This document shows positions 1-42,547 of a stretch of DNA of 64,000 nt, in pieces. Position 1 is the first letter of the stretch. The number at the start of each line of letters is the position of its first letter. Location: assembly GCA_030141605.1 (NCBI GenBank), contig JAQGDQ010000488.1, positions 62,001-126,000 of the forward strand. Direction: 5' to 3'. This DNA is from Tubiluchus corallicola (lineage: Eukaryota > Animalia > Priapulida). The notes under the pieces are model-generated. The model had not been told where the DNA came from. It did no database searches and saw only the letters and a program-made list of their open reading frames with translations. The position numbers were made by a program, and so were the translations under genes.

Positions 1-434
1 CCATAATAGGACTATTAATATGTCATTGAGTAATACTCGTATTCTTGGTCTTTATGTCAATCATTCGTTTTCTTTCCTAAATATGTAATTATAGCATCAG
101 AGCTGTTTCTTGATTAGACGTTTGCAATTTGAATAAATGTTGAATAAAACTTAGCATCGTTGCATAAACCACAATGATCACAATGAAGGTCCTGAACGAG
201 TTAAAGGCAATCACACACCATTTTGAAATCTTACACAACTTGGCTTCAGTTAGAATACATTTGCACGTTGATTACAAATCAAGATTCGCCAGCCATTCAG
301 CACAAAGTTATCGTAATATTGAAAGTCCGCAAGCAGTACTAAGAGCATAAACTCGGTAACAAAGAAGACATAAATATCAATCAAACAGATGTACAATATT
401 TACAGGATAGATGGCAGTGTCGTTATCAAGAATA

Positions 435-29105
<28,671 letters not shown>

Positions 29106-30594
29106 CTTCCATTAAGAACTAATCGTTCATGATTCAGTGATTTCGGTCTATCATTACGACTACAACTACGTGATCGGCTACCAATTCAATTTTTTGTCAT
29201 CTACGGACTGCCGTAGCCTCGAAGTATTGTTCTGCACTCCAGAGTATTAGGTTCGGCATGAAATGAAACTTAGAAAAATAAAAACAATTGTTTTACTTGT
29301 TTAATTTACATAAATACACGACAAACAACGATAACAAAATTGTCACAATGATAGTTGTAACATGCAGCATCAGTAAGACACGCTCAGCAATTAGCATAAT
29401 AGAACTATAACTACAAAAACAACAACAATAACAACAACAACAGCAACAACAACGACAACAACAACAATAATAATAATTGTAATGATGATGAGGGCAATAA
29501 CAACAGTAACATACATTAACAACGACAACAACTCTATTAACATAGTTAATGAAATCTTAATAATTAGTTCAACCACAGGCTATTACTTCTATAACTTTTC
29601 TGGAGATTGGAACAATAATGACAAAGTGCCTATCATATATTTAAAGCTGCGCGATACACTAAAATACGTAGTGTAAAACACGTTATATTGGCACTTATTT
29701 TGGGAAAACTTGGGAACTTTTGTGTATGTAGTTACAGACAGAGAGGCGTTCGTGTCAACAGTCAACTATAGACCACGGGATTAATAATAACAACATATAG
29801 TTACAGATAATTGTGAAGTCTCGTCAGCAAATGCTAGCTAGCTAGTAAACAAATTATAAACCTTTAATATTATATATCGATAAAATTACGGAACGCTTGA
29901 CATGAGGTAGTCTTAAAATTTCACTGATCATTTTTATGCAAACCTTGGCACTGAAACCCAAACTTATAGCTGGAACGTGAAAGCACGGATACAGACGAAG
30001 AAAAGTAAAGCTTTGGAATAATTTTCTAGTGACAGAAGGTGTTAATTTGTGTTTTTGAGTAGGAACATGATTCGGGTAAAGCATCACATATAGGTGGTAG
30101 CTGGTGCAATTCAAATGTCACCTCTTGGCTCACATTGCTAGAAGAAGAAGAGAGGTAGGAGGCATATCTGTTGCAGCGCTGCAACAGCTAGTGCATCACA
30201 GTCAGCATTTCAAGACATCACAACCACTGTAACACTGACTGCTGTCACACTTTGATTTGAAATACCTTTATTGAAATAAAATTTTTTTGTTATTTTACAT
30301 TATTCAATCAGTTGAGCAAAAATTCAAAATTACGCAAATTATTTTCGTGAAAAAGGTAAAAGTTACTGCAAAAATAAAATGAGTGGTTCAGTGCTGTAAA
30401 AGCCCATAGGTCACATTAATCAGATCGCTTCCTTTACTGTGTGAAAGCATAATGTTGATCTGTCGAGGCAGCAATACTGAATACACTTATTTTAACCTTG
30501 CTCAAAGAATTAATAAGTCGTTTTGAAAAGTGCAAAAATTTGAAACTATGAGTGCCATGTTGAATTTAAAACAGATTTATAAATTATTAGGATA

Positions 30595-31712
30595 GATTTG
30601 ACGATCCTTCTCATCTACCGCTTCTCTATTGTGGAATCAAACGTCTATTCACACACAGCAGTGTGAGTCAGTATCTATTTTTAAACACGCCTCAAAACCT
30701 TTTTATCCAAAAAAGCGCTTAACCTGTAATTTAAATTGGATTTCCATTAGATCTTACATTTTATCCGAAGAATTGTATTGTACGTGTTATTTAACTAAGC
30801 TCTTTTTTACCTTTACTGCAGTGTATAATTTTTAAGTTCATTATGATGTACTTTTACTCACATTTTGCATCTCATTTTGACTGTAATCATTTTAGCATTT
30901 TATGGTGACGGTAACATAAATTAGCTGCTCTACTTCGTTTTTACGTTTTATCTTTTTTCTGTTATATAATCATATTCACATAATTTTTTCTTGCCGACAA
31001 TTTTGTAAACAACTGTACATTATTATTATCATTTTACTTAATTCGTAACTAATTATTGTGATACTTATTCATCATCTTCATTTATTATTATTCTTTTTTT
31101 ACTTATGCTATTGATGTTATGTTTGTTTTTATATTTTTGCTTTTGTTATTATGTTATGTCTATATGTCTATCTGCAGCATCACCGTTTATTTTTCATAGA
31201 CTAATCTATTTATAAGAAAGGGCAGGGACTAGATGACCNNNNNNNNNNNNNNNNNNNNNNNNNNNNNNNNNNNNNNNNNNNNNNNNNNNNNNNNNNNNNN
31301 NNNNNNNNNNNNNNNNNNNNNNNNNNNNNNNNNNNNNNNNNNNNNNNNNNNNNNNNNNNNNNNNNNNNNNNNNNNNNNNNNNNNNNNNNNNNNNNNNNNN
31401 NNNNNNNNNNNNNNNNNNNNNNNNNNNNNNNNNNNNNNNNNNNNNNNNNNNNNNNNNNNNNNNNNNNNNNNNNNNNNNNNNNNNNNNNNNNNNNNNNNNN
31501 NNNNNNNNNNNNNNNNNNNNNNNNNNNNNNNNNNNNNNNNNNNNNNNNNNNNNNNNNNNNNNNNNNNNNNNNNNNNNNNNNNNNNNNNNNNNNNNCCTAT
31601 GGTCCTTCCCTGCCCTGCTCCATGACTATAATTACTTAATATTTTAAAATTTTTGATGTTAAACTAATTGGAGAAAATAAATGTTCTATGTCTATGTCTA
31701 TGTCTATGTCTA
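30595..31712 (+). mobile_element. CR1/L2-type LINE 3' fragment(s) spanning the N gap
   Basis: RSFSSTASLLWNQ..SVSIFK ORF2 C-terminal remnant; 3' GGGACTAGATGACC..GGTCC hairpin motif; (CTATGT)n tail. Confidence 0.6.
31239..31595. other. Assembly gap (357 N)
   Basis: N run. Confidence 1.
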
Positions 31713-32265
31713 TGTCTATGTCTATGTCTATGGATTTGAGGCGAATAAATTATTATTGTTTTATTGAATAAAAACGAAATTTCAATTTTGAAACATTAAG
31801 GACAGAGTAAAATTTTAAAATCAAACACTACACAGTATACAGAAATGTGGGAAAGATGTTACCGACAGATTAAATTAATTTTTGCAGTGTTTTGCCGAAG
31901 TTTAGAAAAAATATTTGCGACAGATTATAATTAATTTTCGCAGCATTTTACAAAAATTTTGGCAACGATATTTGCAACAGACTATAATTAATTTTGGTGT
32001 GTTTTACACAATTATTTCGGTAAATAAGACAATAGAGCTGGTTAAATTTTATTTCAACAATATTTTCTATAAAATGTTGTAGTGGGTCTTCTGTCCACTC
32101 CCCTTCACTTAAAGGGCTGTTGAAGATCATAATTATCAGATGCATCTGTTACTGTCATGGTCAGATTCTGATTTTATCTGTAGCTTCGACTTTCTCTCTG
32201 TTACACTTTGACTTAATTGACACAAATTTTTAGCATTGATCGTCAATTTTAATTAGGACGTGTGT

Positions 32266-35025
32266 TTAGGGGTAGAAAGGTTTCCAGTACTTGTCGACGT
32301 AAAACTTTTGCATCAGCTCTCCTATGGTGTTGTTCATTCTGTATACGTCTTCAGCGTTTATATTCGGTTCAGCAGTGAAATTCTTTCTTCGACCACTTAT
32401 AAGAAATGTTTTGACTGCGTAGGCATCTGTCAAGTTGACGTAACCGTCATACATTGTGTTATTCGTGTCATACACTAAATTTGGTTCCATATAAACCAAC
32501 TGATGGTGCTTTATTCGAAGTCGACCAGGCACAAATCGAGAGTTGTGGTAAACCTGACTTGCACGATAATCTTTATAACCATCAAGCCACATATTGAGAA
32601 ATGTAGAATTGGGCTTTGCTAGTATAATCCCGGGATCAGGAGTACCAGCAACTGATTTCGTATCGCCTGATGTCACTCCCAGCACGCATTCGTGGATTCT
32701 TAGAGTGTCGAAAGGTTTGAAGACGACCACGTCAAAGTCCAGGTATATTCCGCCATGTTCCTTCAGTATCTGAAGACGCGCCACGTGCGACTGATGGATT
32801 TCGTTTTTCACCGGTTGGCCAAAAACTGTATCGACGTTGGGTAGCGCTTTGTGTTCAAAAGGAACAATTCTGAACAATTCCTCCCACCATTCTCCAGTAG
32901 GCTTCGCATGACTGTGTAAAATTATTCGTTCTGGTTTCAAATTTTCATAAGCGCTGATTGGCCCGATTATATTCCACAAATTCATTTTGTCAGACTGATT
33001 TGAGTGGGCGGATTCAACCGACACGTAATGAACAATATTTGGCACACGGAATGCACGGTTTCTCGTTGCATGATGTGCTTTCTCTTTCTCAGCAAAGAAA
33101 AATGCAGTCTTCAAGTTCCATTTATATTCTGCAATTGTAAAAAACGATAATCATGTTTCATAAATTTACATTGCATTAGTATAATAGACCTCAACTGCAC
33201 AGTAATTTATATATTGAGCTGAACAGGGAACAGTGCATTATACAGTTCTATTCATAGGCACCACGCCAACTCAATGCCGGTCCCAAGCCCGGAAAAATTG
33301 GGAGGGTTAGGGTCAGGAAGGGCATCCCGCTGTAAAAACTGCGCCAAAACCTTCTATGAATGAGTCGGTGAGACTTAAAGGTAAAGTCCACAAAGATAGT
33401 GGTCAGACCCGTTCTTATCTATGGGCTGGAAGCAGCTTCTCTAAAGAAGACCGAAGAGAAGAAAATGGGTGTGGTGGAGATGAGGATGTTGTGGTGGATG
33501 GTGGGAATAACAAGAAGAGATAAAATTAGAAATAATAATATCAGAGGAACAGTAAAAGTAGTGGAAGCCTCGCAAGATTGCCATGGTATGGACACCTGAA
33601 AAGAAGAGTCGGTGAAGATCTTGTGGGAAGGGAAGATATAAATGAAGAGATGGTCAACAACAGGAATGCGTGGAGAAGACTCATTCACAACGGCGACCCC
33701 GAATGGTGAAAAACTGGGAAGAAGAAGAAGAAGAAGAAGAAGAAGTATAGTATATTATTCACTAAATTGAGAAGTGATAATCGTTGTTTCTGAAAGATTG
33801 CTAAACACGTCTTCAATACTTGTACGTAATAATTATTTTGGAAGTAGAAAAATACAGTAACCATTGGCAACAACGAGGACAAGATGAAATTTTCAGTTTC
33901 GTTTCCAATATTTCAGGACATCAATTTTCTTAAGACCGGAATTCAGAATTCATGTATTTTCATTTTCAGTCAAAGGAAAATAGTTCAAAGTGCAATTTGA
34001 CATTCTTTTAAATAACAAAAATGAAAATGTCATAAAGTGAACAATGAATTGTTTTTGACAAAACGGGAAGTTATTGGCTATAACTGAATGAAAAAATGAA
34101 AACAAACCGGTTTTGTAGCTCGTTTTGATACTCCTAGCAGTTATCATTAGGTTTAAGGAAATTAATGTCGTGCATGTAAAACTGTTTGGTGCCTTTCTTA
34201 ATTCTGATATGGTATACTAAAAAATTCATAAAGGCCACAAAGGTTTGTAATTACGTAGGACTGAATATTGGGGTGTATATGCTGAGGTCCATAAATCATA
34301 AATGCAGCTGAATGCGTTAGGCTAATTAATAAAGTGGCAAAGAATAAGAATCTAGGATGATAGGTCACAGACGGTTGCTAGCCAAACATTCTGCTTTGAA
34401 AAATAATAAACCACTTGCATTGTTCTCCGTGTAAGATTAGGTGAAATAAAGATTTTAGATAACAATTATGACTGAAGCAAAATTTAATGCGAAAGCTGTT
34501 TTCAGTGAAAATAACTAACAAGACTTTCCACCTTGAGTTAGGTTTTGCAATTTTTTACATTTTCTGTCTTTGCTTCTTTCGTTAGGTGTTCCACAAAAAA
34601 GCAAGGGTTGTTGTAAGAACATTTAAAAGGTACCAGCTATGAAAATTCAGCGAACGGGAATTGAACTTAAGTTGCTTTTGGTGCAAAGAAACTTGTAACT
34701 GTAACCAGTTCCTTTTCTAAGCAGTCAAAAAGAACTAGAAACCTGAATTACCTCGCGGGGAATCTTGGAAATGCAGTTTGTTCCTTTCCTTGCCAGAGAG
34801 GGAGGGAGGGAGCCAGATAAAGAGAGATGGGGAGCGGGAGAGAGAGCGAGAAAAAGAGAGAAATAGATAGATAGAGAAAGCGAGAGTGAGAGAGAGAGAG
34901 AGAAAGAGTGAGTGAGAGAGAGAAAGAGAGAGAGAGAGAGGGGGGAGAGAGAGAAAGAAAGAGGGAGAGAGGAAGGAGAGAGAGAGGGAGAGAGAGAGAG
35001 GGAGGAGAGAGAGGGGGAGAGAGGG

Positions 35026-35061
<36 letters not shown>

Positions 35062-35082
35062 GGAGAGAGAGAGGGAGAGAGA

Positions 35083-35122
<40 letters not shown>

Positions 35123-35153
35123 GGAGAGAGAGAGGGGGGGAGAGAGAGGGGAG

Positions 35154-35222
<69 letters not shown>

Positions 35223-35239
35223 GGAGAGAGAGAGAGAGG

Positions 35240-35299
<60 letters not shown>

Positions 35300-35342
35300 G
35301 GGGAGAGAGAGAGAGAGAGAGAGAGGAAGGAGAGAGAGAGGA

Positions 35343-35379
<37 letters not shown>

Positions 35380-38300
35380 AAGGGAAAGAGAGAGAGAGTG
35401 ACAAATACATTTTATAAATAATGAAAAAAATAGCATTTACAAAGTTATACGTATCAGCGGGCAAAAGACCGCCTTTCTTTGTTTAATGTTCGATGTTAAA
35501 CTGGTAATAAATGCCTGTAAAGGACAAAAACTTATCTAAACACACACTTCACTTTTGCATTGCAAACCCAGCAAGTCTGTCAGTATGCTACACCAAAGGC
35601 AGAAAGCAGGACATACATTTGAATGCCATGTGACTTATCTGTGACAAACAGCAAACATTCCTATGAGTTTATTAATAATTATAATTTGTGTATGTATGCT
35701 TTACATACGTGTAAATAATTGTATTTTTCAATTGAAGATTTTTAAGCGAAAAGTTTAGTTAAAATAATACAGAAATATTTTAATTAGTGACGTCATTCGT
35801 ATTTGTGTATCTGCCAAATATAGAGCTAACTGCGTGAAAGTACTGTTGATGATGGTAACTGCACAGTAATAATTATGACAGAGTACATAAATTTTACATT
35901 GATCTGGAGTGACGCGCTCATCCTAAACCTTCTATTAACAAGTCTAATAAGTTGGTATTAATAAATATTTCAGTGTTTCCCAGTGTCCTAGAAACGGTAA
36001 ATTACAAAGATGGGTTTTCCTTTTATAGGCGGTACATCGGGTAAGTTGGCAACTGGCCAGCCCTTGGAGAAAATTGGTAGCTTGGACGTGTTTCTGTTTG
36101 TGTAAAGACTCGTAACTTTAAAGCAAATCCTTAGCTATGATCCATGTCAGCCACAGTATGCTAGCTATGATAGAAATTAGGTATGATCCATGTCAGCCAC
36201 AGTAGGCCTATGCTAGCTATGATAGAAATTAGGTATGATCCATGTCAGCCACAGACCTATGCTAGCTATGATAGAAATTAGCTATGATCCATGTCAGCCA
36301 CAACACAAAAAAACAACCAACACAAAAAAAACCACACCACAACACTATGATAGAAATTAGGTATGATCCATGTCAGCCACAGTATGCTAGCTATGATAGA
36401 AATTAGCTATGATCATGTCAGGTAGACTATGCTAGCTATGATAGAAATTAGCTATGATCATGTCAGGTAGACTATGCTAGCTATGACAGAAATTAGCTAT
36501 GATAATGTCAGCCACAGTATGCTAGCTATGATAGAAATTAGCTATGATAATGTCAGCCACAGTATGCTAGCTATGATAGAAATTAGGTATGATCCATGTC
36601 AGCCACAGTAGGCCTATGCTAGCTATGATAGAAATTAGGTATGATCCATGTCAGCCACAGTAGGCCTATGCTAGCTATGATAGAAATTAGGTATGATCCA
36701 TGTCAGCCACAGTAGGCCTATGCTAGCTATGATAGAAATTAGCTATGATCCATGTCAGCCACAGTATGCTAGCTATGATAGAAATTAGCTATGATCCATG
36801 TCAGCCACAGTAGGCCTATGCTAGCTATGACAGAAATTAGCTATGATAATGTCAGCCACAGTATGCTAGCTATGATAGAAATTAGCTATGATAATGTCAG
36901 CCACAGTATGCTAGCTATGATAGAAATTAGCTATGTTCATGTCAGCCACAGTTTGCCAGCTATGATAGAAATTAGGTATGAATGATGTCAGCCACAGTAT
37001 GCTAGCTATGATAGAAATTAGGTATGATCATGTCAGCCACAGTATGCTAGCTATGATAGAAATTAGCTATGATCATGTCAGCCACAGTATGCCAGCTATG
37101 ATAGAAATTAGGTATGAATCATGTCAGCCACAGTATGCTAGCTATGATAGAAATTAGGTATGATCCATGTCAGCCACAGTATGCTAGCTATGATAGAAAT
37201 TAGGTATGATCCATGTCAGTCACAGTATGCTAGCTATGATAGAAAAAAAGCATATTATAGAACAGGTTATGCTGTGCGCATGCGCTAATAAGTAATTAAG
37301 CAAATTATTTTCATTATAATTTTCATAATATACCATAATGAAATTTGTGCAGTTCTACGTACAACAGCAAAAGAAAATTAACAAAATGAATAAAATTCAA
37401 AATAATATTAATTTTGAAAAATATAAATGAAAGGTATTAATATAACAGACAAAATCTTGTTTACATATTATTCTTCCATTAAAATGCAATCTCATCAGTC
37501 GAAGTGAATACTATTATAGTCAGCTTTACGTGAGATATGATATTATACATATTATAATACAACAGAACAGCCAAACAAGACGCTGGCTGCTGGGGAACCA
37601 TTACATTTTTTACTTTTTCGGTTCTAGTCAGAACTGGTAAATTAAGCTACTTTGGTTTGATATAAACTACTTATTTCACAATAAGCTTCAGGCAGCTCTG
37701 TCATTTATATAGGAAAGAAGACATTATGGAAACAGTTAAACTAGAGAGTGTGATAACGCAGTTTTAAATGAAAAAAAAACAGTTTGTAAGTAAAAAGGTT
37801 CTGCCTGCATTGCCGAATGTAGTGGGTGCATAGGCCCTTTTTTTGGTTTTAATTTAGTTCTCAATTACTGCCACGGTGCTGCCACCTGTTTGTTTATTTT
37901 AGTACGATTTTTACCTTTTACAGTAGTCACTCTTTTAAAATTGAAGCACCTAATATCCTTAGCATTTTGGTCTGTCGTGAGCTATAGCTATAGTAGTTGT
38001 ATGACATTTTACCCGTCTTTTGGTTCTCTCCGCCATTGCTCTATTTTTCTGACTGTAATGAGCATTATGACTGTGAATTCCTTACGAATTTATTGTTGTG
38101 ACGTCGTTGTTCTTAAGGCTACTTGGAGTTCTCGTTCCTGTCTTTGTAACTGTTAAAGGCTCTAACAACATAAGTTATTGTTAATTAATTTCAATATAGT
38201 CTACATAATTTTTATATCAGTACTTAGTTATAGAAATACATTTAATCATGCAACTAATTTTCTTCTATTCAATGCAAGTTAAACTAAATGTTAATATTTG

Positions 38301-38781
38301 TATTTCAGAATAAAGAAACTTTTGGTCAACACGTTAAACTGGTGTTTTGTATCCAGTTAAACTAAATGTTAATAATTGTCTTTCAGAATAAAGAAACTTT
38401 TGGTCAACACGTTAAACTGGTGTTTTGTATCCATTTCACCGAATCTTAATTAACCTAGTATTGAAAATATTAACTCTAGAACAGATCTCAAGACCAATCT
38501 ATGTTCAACATGCGTTGCAACTAACAGGAGTATTGTTGTTATATTGATGACCCTAAAATTTGCCATTTGTACTTGTTGAAACATAAATTTCAATTTGAAT
38601 TTGAATTTTGACTTGAATTAGTAAAAAGTGCAAACTACTTACGTTTAAAAATTAATTTAAACTGATGGGAAGGAGTGTTCTTACCTGTTGTCTGCTTATT
38701 TAGCTGCAGGAATGATACGCCCACGCAAATCAAAATAATTCCAGCAACCGGATGGAATTTCCGTGATCTCAACGTTTTCAT
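32266..38781 (-). CDS. Glycosyltransferase family 32 (DxD, alpha-1,4-GlcNAc/Gal-transferase-like) type II membrane protein, 319 aa
   Basis: complement(join 32266-33128, 38685-38781). Exon 1 MKTLRSRKFHPVAGIILICVGVSFLQLNKQTT (basic N-terminus + TM), donor G|gtaaga, phase 1. Exon 2 acceptor ttgcag; contains VPNIVHYV, RLQILKEHGGIYLDFDV, ILAKPNSTFLNMW. AATAAA on minus at 32048-32053. Confidence 0.88.
33255..33745 (+). mobile_element. Internally deleted RTE-clade LINE (5' UTR piece + RT C-terminus + (GAA)n tail) in the GT32 intron
   Basis: GCCGGTCCCAAGCCCGG...GGAAGGGCATCC 5' segment; VVRPVLIYGLE...EMRMLWWMVGITRRDKIRN; CGGCGACCCC 3' end plus GAA repeats. Confidence 0.85.
34795..35398. repeat. (GA)n-rich microsatellite
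   Basis: Seen directly. Confidence 0.98.
36132..37243. repeat. About 46-bp minisatellite with length variants, in the GT32 intron
   Basis: Unit TAGCTATGATAGAAATTAGCTATGATCCATGTCAGCCACAGTATGC. Confidence 0.95.
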
Positions 38782-39053
38782 TTTAAAGCAACTCTGTTAA
38801 ACGCAGTCTCACTTTTTCAACAACCTTATGCTGGTCTAGAAGGAGTGTGGATTTGGGACCAGTGGGCTAATGTTGTCAGGCGATTCATCTAAATTGTCTA
38901 AAACTCTCAGCCGGTAACCTCACTAATGAGTAACTTTAGGCTATGAGCGCGCACATAGTTACCAAAAGCTCATGTCGTTGCTCTAATTACAATCACCTGA
39001 AATTGCCTTGGGCTGTTTCGCCAATAACTTCGTGGGTATTTCTTATGGTTTTA

Positions 39054-39498
<445 letters not shown>

Positions 39499-40443
39499 CA
39501 CCAGTCAAACTGAAGATATTCAAATGGTTCCCAAGCAAAAGGATAACAAATCACTTCACTATTGAGCATTTTCAAATCTTTTATGAACGCAGGTATCCAC
39601 ACTGAAACAAACCAAAGTTATTTCATTTAAACAGATGACGCTTCGACCCCATAGATCATTATCAGGTGTACATGTAGCTAAAAACCAAAGGTAAGCTAAA
39701 TTTTAGAATGGCATGAATTTTATAATTTATAATTTAATGAGTGAAAACATACTTAGAAGAGCACACGAATACATACATACAAAATACCAAAAAAAAAATT
39801 ACTATCAGTGAAAGATGGTACAAAATACATTACGAAACACAGAAACAACATCTAACTCTGATGTTCGTAAACCGTAAACCCAAGTATACATGCACAAACA
39901 ACAGTCTAATATTTATAACAAAATTACTCTTTTAAAATCTGGTTTATTGATAATTAAAGTGGCTTTTACCAGACATCCTGTATGCGTATGCGTATGCGTT
40001 ATGCGGGTGCGGTATAGATAAAATCGGTTTATATTGTTTTCAATTCAAGATTATCAGATTTATGTTATATCGTCATTTTTTCTGCAGCTATATCCTATTT
40101 GTTTTTTATGCGCGGCCATTTCTCAGGTGGATAACGCATAACGCATTCCGAATGTTAGGTAACCTCCGCTTAACATTTAATCCAGTGGATCGAAACGTTT
40201 TGAGTGAAATAATTTTAACTCGGTATGTTACAGGCATAGGTAACCATAAATCAGGCGGTTGACGAGAAAGTGGATTCTCAGAAATTTAATATTAACTTTT
40301 TTTGAATTACTAACTACTAGGCCTAATTTTTTCACCTTCTTCTGAAAAGAGCCGTACAGAAAACTACTTTTGAAGTGAGTGAAACTTTGACACAATCGAC
40401 AAAGTGTTAGGGTCACGTTAATGGCTCTGTTACACTGCACTAT

Positions 40444-40673
40444 AGGTCTTACATGTCATATGTAGACCTACGTTAAGTCAAATCTAGATTTACTTAATTC
40501 AAATGCATCTTGGTAACCAAATGTAGACTTAGGTAGTTCAAATGTGTTAACAATGGTTTTCAAGAAATCTTAAGCGCTTTTGGTAAGTCAAATGTAGACA
40601 CATGTCAAGTCAAATGTGACATTGGTATCTCAAATGTGGATAGGTGGTAAAGTTTAAGGATGTTAATTAAATT
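40444..40673 (+). mobile_element. MITE family A, truncated
   Basis: Left end only. Confidence 0.8.
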
Positions 40674-41134
40674 TAAAATATAGGTATAGCCTTTATATGT
40701 GTAGTTTATATAGCTATAATTTATAGTTTATATAGTTATTGTTTATGGTTTATTTGCTTATATAGTTATAGTTTATATAGCTATATATAGTTTATATATA
40801 TTTACACTGTAAATACATAATTAGAGCATAATATTTTATACGGTAGGTCTGCCTGCCTATATAAACTGGTTGTATGTTTGTAAAAATTTACCACCGATGA
40901 CGACAGCAGTAGCTCTGCAGAAACTTTTGACATGATTTTTTAACTATGTAAATTAAAATTTTTACTGAAGTTGTGGTGTTCTAACTATAAAAGAAAAAAG
41001 TTTCTTTTGAAAGTTTGGAAAACAATGATAAAACACTGGTGGTTTCGAACTCGGAGCTCTCTGCTTTGTTCACATCAATATTTCAAGCTAGAAAAACACA
41101 GATTTGCTACACAGAGCACGTACATACGGGAGCA

Positions 41135-41384
41135 TGATGTCATCACAGCGTCTTCCAACTTTGCGCAACGTCACTCTTGCGTAAGGGCGCCGGTATATAT
41201 AATCAGAGCCTCTCTCTCTCTTCTGCCTTCATAATATTAATTACGAACGCTAGTGAAGCCAATTTAGAGAACTGAGCTGAAGCTGGTGTAAAAGGAGGAG
41301 CGCGTACTGGTCAAAAAGAGGAGCTTACGGGATTTATAACTCGAATATTAAAAGGAAAGAGTGAAAAAGTCTAAACAGTATCAG
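41135..41384 (+). promoter_or_regulatory. Candidate Pol II promoter and non-coding first exon of a plus-strand gene
   Basis: TGATGTCA 41135, TTGCGCAA 41161, ACGTCA 41168, TTGCGTAA 41177, TATATATAA 41194-41202, ATG-free segment about 41230-41384 ending in CAG|gtatgg. Confidence 0.45.
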
Positions 41385-42148
41385 GTATGGAATGAGTTTT
41401 TTTTTCTATTTTCAAATTGCTTCGTGTCATTTTAATTTTACATTAACAGCATTCCAGCATCTCAGTAAGCATTATTTCTTGTTTTAAAGTAAAAGCATTA
41501 TCTCTTAGCATGTATAGCAATAACGTGTCCCTATAAAAGCCTAGTATTCCTGGTAATTAGAGTCAAGTTTTCTCCTTTATCGTATGCGTGCAAAACTATT
41601 TTAGACTAACACTTTCAGGGTGGTTGACTTTGGTAACTTTTAGTTTTTCGCCACCCTTTCACCAATCGCTTGAATATCATAAACTCGGATAATTTATTCA
41701 TTTATTAATCTTTTCACTTTGAATCATATTATCATTTCATGCTCTGTGTTTTTTTTTTGTAAAAAAGGTGAAAAATAAAGATACTTACTTACTTACTTAC
41801 CTACCTACCTACCTACCTACCCACCTACCTACCTACCTACCTACCTACCTACCTACCTACCTACCTACCTACCTACCTACCTACCAACCTACTTACTTAC
41901 TACTTGTACGCTTCAAATTACCATGGCTGATGCAATAGAATAATATAATAATGCTTCATTTCTTGTTTATTTGATTGACTGATTTTGATTGTGTTTGTTA
42001 GGTTTTTTCATTTGTTTCTCTTGATCGTACGGTATACCTAATTATTTTCGAGTTTTTTTATAATTGCTGGTGCGTACTTGTCTAAGTTCGATATTTTATA
42101 CGGTAGGTCTGCCTGCCTATATAAACTGGTTGTATGTTTGTAAAAATT

Positions 42149-42547
42149 TGTTTATGAAAACCAATGTAAAAATTGGTCCTTGAAATGCGATAGCTAAAGC
42201 AGTTATGCTAAGTGCGAGCACATGTCTTTAGGTTGTACTGAAGTATATCGCTAAGCAGCGGCCGACCAGCTAAGTGGCACATGGCAATTGTTAGGTTATG
42301 TAGTTTGTACTAGAGAGAAAAGAATTATTTAATAAATGTGAAAAAGGAAAAGTTAGGTAGGTCAGTAAGAACAGGATAGCGCTAAAAAAACAGTTTGGAG
42401 AAAGAGGGTCATGGGAGCAGGTTCACACATCATAGTTTTAGTTTTTTGAGAGGTGATTATATTTTCATTTTTGCAGGAGTGTAATTAATAATTATAAAAT
42501 AGTTTGTGTTAATGGAGAGAAATTTTGCATACGTATAGTTATAATAT
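42149..42547. mobile_element. Interspersed repeat (probably a degraded LINE fragment); second copy at 57890-58286
   Basis: Two clearly alignable copies in the same orientation. Confidence 0.6.

Noticed and set aside
29213-29223. 11-bp inverted match to the start of the 52.5-kb insertion
   Set aside because: Too short and 23 kb away; compatible with chance
29106-29400. CHR/E2F autoregulatory sites in the LIN9 promoter
   Set aside because: No clear TTTGAA or E2F consensus seen; only a YY1-like AAGATGGCGG overlapping the ATG
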